A stretch of 63,995 nt of DNA, counting the filler, from Alloascoidea hylecoeti (Eukaryota), in assembly GCA_001600815.1 (NCBI GenBank). It is 14 parts of 14 records of this genome, joined end to end, with 100 filler letters (N's around TTAATTAATTAA, not from the genome) between each part and the next. Parts side by side here need not be neighbours in the genome. Positions count along the whole stretch, not along the records: positions 59,060 to 62,722 come from BCKZ01000069.1; positions 62,823 to 63,995 come from BCKZ01000126.1; 12 more parts are not named here. One strand, given 5' to 3'. The notes under the pieces are model-generated. The model saw nothing but the letters and a program-made list of their open reading frames with translations. It made no database searches and was not told where the DNA came from. Made by a program: the position numbers and the translations under genes. Of this stretch, positions 60,627-63,995 are shown piece by piece (the first letter of the stretch is position 1; each line of letters opens with the position of its first letter).

Positions 60627-61600
60627 TATAAATGTTTTAAATATTTTTTCCTTAATTTTCCAGTAAAATCATAAATGACAACATCATGGATCCTAAATCA
60701 TCATATGTAAATTCTTGGATATTTTCACCACTTTCAATATTCCAAGTTCCTACAGCTACAAACGAATACTCTCCAGTATGTGGGATACCGTTATATATAA
60801 TACCGTTATGAATGAAAATACCAGCAATGAAACCTTCTACTTTTATATAATGTTGTAAAGTATGCTGTAGTAGATGTTCTGAATTATCAATACTTGATTT
60901 CCATACTCCAATATAACCACAAACAGAAAATACGATATAATCATCGTATAAAACGACACCATGTATAAGAAACATTCTATCTTCTTCTATTGGTGGTACC
61001 AGATATTAGTTTAAAATACGGTAATTTCCAAATTAAACAAGAACCATCAAATGAATCAGAAGCCAAATATTTATAATTAATATCCATGCATATAACATTA
61101 TCCAAATGAAATTTGATATTAATATCTTTATTTAATTCCAATATTTTCATTACTGATAATTTTGTTTTTAAATTCTTAATATTTGGTTTAAAATCTCAAC
61201 ATCTGGTTTACCTAATACTTTCAAACATTGAGAAGTTTCATTATCCCAAATTCTTATTGTATAGTCTGCTGAACCAGTTATAATCCAATTTTAAAAAATA
61301 TGTTATTTCAGAATGACCTTCGAATTTGGCTGCGTAAAATTATCATTTTTCCAATTCAAATCTAAAAGATATCATCATATTCAACTATTTGTTTCCATGA
61401 TTTAGTTACTCTTCTACAAATGAGCAAAGTTGTTTATTGACAAATCCGAGAAGGTTATTTCAGATATTTCATCAGGGAGAGAAGAAACTAAACCGATTGT
61501 CTTCTCAAGATTTTTGTAAATTGTTTAAATATGGTTGCTATTTTATGAGTTGTAGAACAAACACTGCCAAACATTGTTTAAATCGCTTAATTACCCGCAC
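60627..61600 (-). pseudogene. F-box/WD40-type pseudogene
   Basis: Fragments LDLNWKN, ITGSADYTIRIWD, YLASDSFDGSCLIW and YIGVWK in different frames; the 3' end matches the gene at 27625. Confidence 0.7.
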
Positions 61601-62209
61601 CCACATGCAGTCTCATACTTTTTATTAATCAATTCATTACCACATGCAGTAGTTTTACATCTGTGCATATCCAATATAGAACAACTATGCATGTGCACAT
61701 AGCATAGCCATATTTGGACGTTACCCGTCCATGGATATTGTTCCGTACTCCTTAGGGAAGATCTGGGAACGAGGAGGACCCTTATAGTCGTGTTAAGGGA
61801 TACTTTAGGGTTCAACTTCGGGTGAATAGTGACGTTTTCTAATCTCAAAAATCGATTGTCTTTTTGGTATGTATTGAGTGGTGAGTAGTGGGTATTAAAA
61901 GAGAAAATTTCTATGCATTGAATTTCTCTAGGTGTATTTTCCGTTATCGAGGAAGTCTCATAGGTTATAAGAAAAGACTACATAAGAGAATTTAAGATCG
62001 TAATTGCAAGACATATCTTTATTTTATGAGTTTATTCAGTGTTTTAAAAACGTTATCAAATTAGAAATAACATTGAAAACACCACACATTTTTATTACAA
62101 AGCTTAATTTCTAAGAATATTATAAATTTGTTTTTATTAGTATCTAAATAAATCTAGAATTTCTTCTATAGTAAGTGTATAACAAGCTAATACATCTAGT
62201 AATAAAAAA

Positions 62210-62722
62210 TCAGAAACCACGACTTTTTCCAATAAGACTAAGCACTATTTTTAGTACAGCTTTAGAAAGAGCTGCTGCAAGGAAAATGCAACTTCCAGCA
62301 GATCCAGCAAGACAAGCTAAAACTTTTGGAATGTACTTCACAAGACCGAGAAGTTGAAGAACAAAAGAAAATGAACGAGCACTAACTGCTTTTCCGAACT
62401 GTAGTCTTCCTGTGGGACTAAGAACCTTGGCGACAGCTGCATTAGAAAATTGATAAGAATAATAGAGTAAATGTCCAGAATAGATATCTTGAGCAATATT
62501 AGCAGCACTGCCCATATTTTTTGGAATAGTAATTTTTTCTAAACCATCACAATGCTCGCTGTCTGGTCTACAGACAGCAACATCACCAGGAGTGAGAGGT
62601 AACCCTTTCTTAGTAATGAATACCTTTAAGCCTTGAGCAACATAACCAGCAGCATCGGGTAAGGCTGTAAGTAAATCGAAATCCTTTGAGTTTCTAATAA
62701 ATCCAGTGATGAAACCTCTACT
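62210..62722 (-). CDS. Unknown protein, C-terminal 170 aa with a cationic hydrophobic tail
   Basis: Open from the contig edge (SRGFITGFIRNSKDFDLLTALPDAAGY...) to a stop at 62210; coding-like codon usage. Confidence 0.7.
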   Translation of the reverse strand, partial: SRGFITGFIRNSKDFDLLTALPDAAGYVAQGLKVFITKKGLPLTPGDVAVCRPDSEHCDGLEKITIPKNMGSAANIAQDIYSGHLLYYSYQFSNAAVAKVLSPTGRLQFGKAVSARSFSFVLQLLGLVKYIPKVLACLAGSAGSCIFLAAALSKAVLKIVLSLIGKSRGF

Positions 62723-62822
62723 NNNNNNNNNNNNNNNNNNNNNNNNNNNNNNNNNNNNNNNNNNNNTTAATTAATTAANNNNNNNNNNNNNNNNNNNNNN
62801 NNNNNNNNNNNNNNNNNNNNNN

Positions 62823-63995
62823 CTTCGGTGTCTGGTTTACTTGACTTTTTGATTTCAACGGGGAACCTTTAGTACCAATATTCTCGGTTCTACTTAATAT
62901 TGGGAGGCTTTTGGGCAATTCTGTTTCATATGCCCTTTTTCGTGACAGTGGTAACACCTGCCCTCTCTTTTCAATAGATTTAGTTCCTTTCGGTTCAANC
63001 TCTTACCAGGAGTCAATGATGCTACCGTCATTTCTGTATCTCCGTCAGCATCTACTTTTCTATCTCGGTAACTTCTTTGTTCTTGTCCTGGCCATCCTCT
63101 ATTTTGGTTACCATAATTTCTCGGCCATGGATTTCTCTGTGGTTTTATTAGATCTTGGATTTCATCTAATTGTATGGCTTTCGTCATGGCTTCGTCTAAC
63201 GAGTGGGGCCTGTCTTTAATCATCTCTATTCTTAAATGGGTTTTCAAGCCATCTATGAATTGTTGTAACTGGACTTCTTCACTGATCGGGGGTACTAATC
63301 TCGCTAGCCTAGAGAACTCTGACGTGTATTCTGTCGCCGTCTTCGTCTGTTTTAAACTTAGATATTTGGTTACTAAGTTACTCTCATAATTCAACGGATA
63401 AAATGTTTTCCTCACTAATCTTTCGAACTCCCCGAAGCTGCCATCTACTACTGATCTTGGGTACGTATTTCGGTACCAAGAGAAAGCAGTTCCACTCATG
63501 AAGTCCGAAGCGAATTCTATCTTATAAATGTCCAGTAAATCGGGTGGATATCGTCTAAAAGTCTGTGCCAACCTCGCGAACCATGTGTCAATGATTTCTG
63601 GGTCTCTTTGACCGTTGAATACNTCAATCTTCGGTGTGANTATTGGTAACGGATTTGATTCNGTCTGAAATGGCTGGGTACCTGGTTGCGTACCCTGGGC
63701 CATATTCATACCACTATTTTGGCGATCCATTGCACTAGCTAATGATAAACTCTCGCTTTCGCTAATCTCTTCTTCTGGGTTGTACCCAAATAGTGCCATT
63801 AATCTTTGTATCGTTCAGTTAGGTATAACTCTGGGAAGCGCCGCTACCAGTCTTAAGGAATCTATCACCCAGTGGGTCTAAATTACTTATAAGATCTTTT
63901 GTTAGAGTTATACGCTACAGTGAACTTTACGTTAATTAATTTTTTAACTTAAACTTAAAACTTTATTCAAGAATACTAATTATCTTATTTTAGTT
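62823..63995 (-). mobile_element. Second, diverged Ty3/gypsy element: 5' LTR part, PBS (63849-63842), gag and start of pol
   Basis: Leader and PBS nearly identical to 12590-12716; gag is homologous. Confidence 0.93.
62894..63799 (-). CDS. gag: Gag (capsid plus CCHC knuckle)
   Basis: MALFGYNP start, QFIDGLK, DADGDTEM, CYHCHEKGHMKQNC. Confidence 0.92.
   Translation of the reverse strand: MALFGYNPEEEISESESLSLASAMDRQNSGMNMAQGTQPGTQPFQXESNPLPIXTPKIXVFNGQRDPEIIDTWFARLAQTFRRYPPDLLDIYKIEFASDFMSGTAFSWYRNTYPRSVVDGSFGEFERLVRKTFYPLNYESNLVTKYLSLKQTKTATEYTSEFSRLARLVPPISEEVQLQQFIDGLKTHLRIEMIKDRPHSLDEAMTKAIQLDEIQDLIKPQRNPWPRNYGNQNRGWPGQEQRSYRDRKVDADGDTEMTVASLTPGKXLNRKELNLLKREGRCYHCHEKGHMKQNCPKASQY

Overview
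This window is not one locus. It is 14 short contigs from an AT-rich budding-yeast (Saccharomycotina-like) draft assembly, joined by artificial N44-TTAATTAATTAA-N44 linkers. The contigs are 1-6842, 6943-12468, 12569-17918, 18019-23240, 23341-28326, 28427-33408, 33509-38085, 38186-42933, 43034-47212, 47313-51242, 51343-55193, 55294-58959, 59060-62722 and 62823-63995. Nuclear genes: type II myosin heavy chain (one intron, missed by the ORF track), REV1 (two overlapping allelic contigs), an FSH1-family serine hydrolase, WD40 genes and pseudogenes, a fungal transcription-factor domain gene, a PL1 pectate lyase, Na+/H+ antiporter halves and an unknown secreted protein. Three contigs are mitochondrial (TGA=Trp): cob and cox1 exons split by group I introns (GIY-YIG, LAGLIDADG) and three group II introns with open RT/maturase ORFs. 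Mobile DNA is rich. It includes two related Ty3/gypsy elements with a conserved -1 frameshift pseudoknot and a covarying leader stem, a complete 322-bp TRIM-like mini-retrotransposon plus a solo LTR of it, a 137-bp solo LTR, and a TA-flanked CAGT..ACTG element with 288-bp TIRs plus a probable longer relative. The most unusual signals are the TRIM and a probable chromosome-end contig whose + strand has lost essentially all G in a gradient running inward from a (CA)n end.
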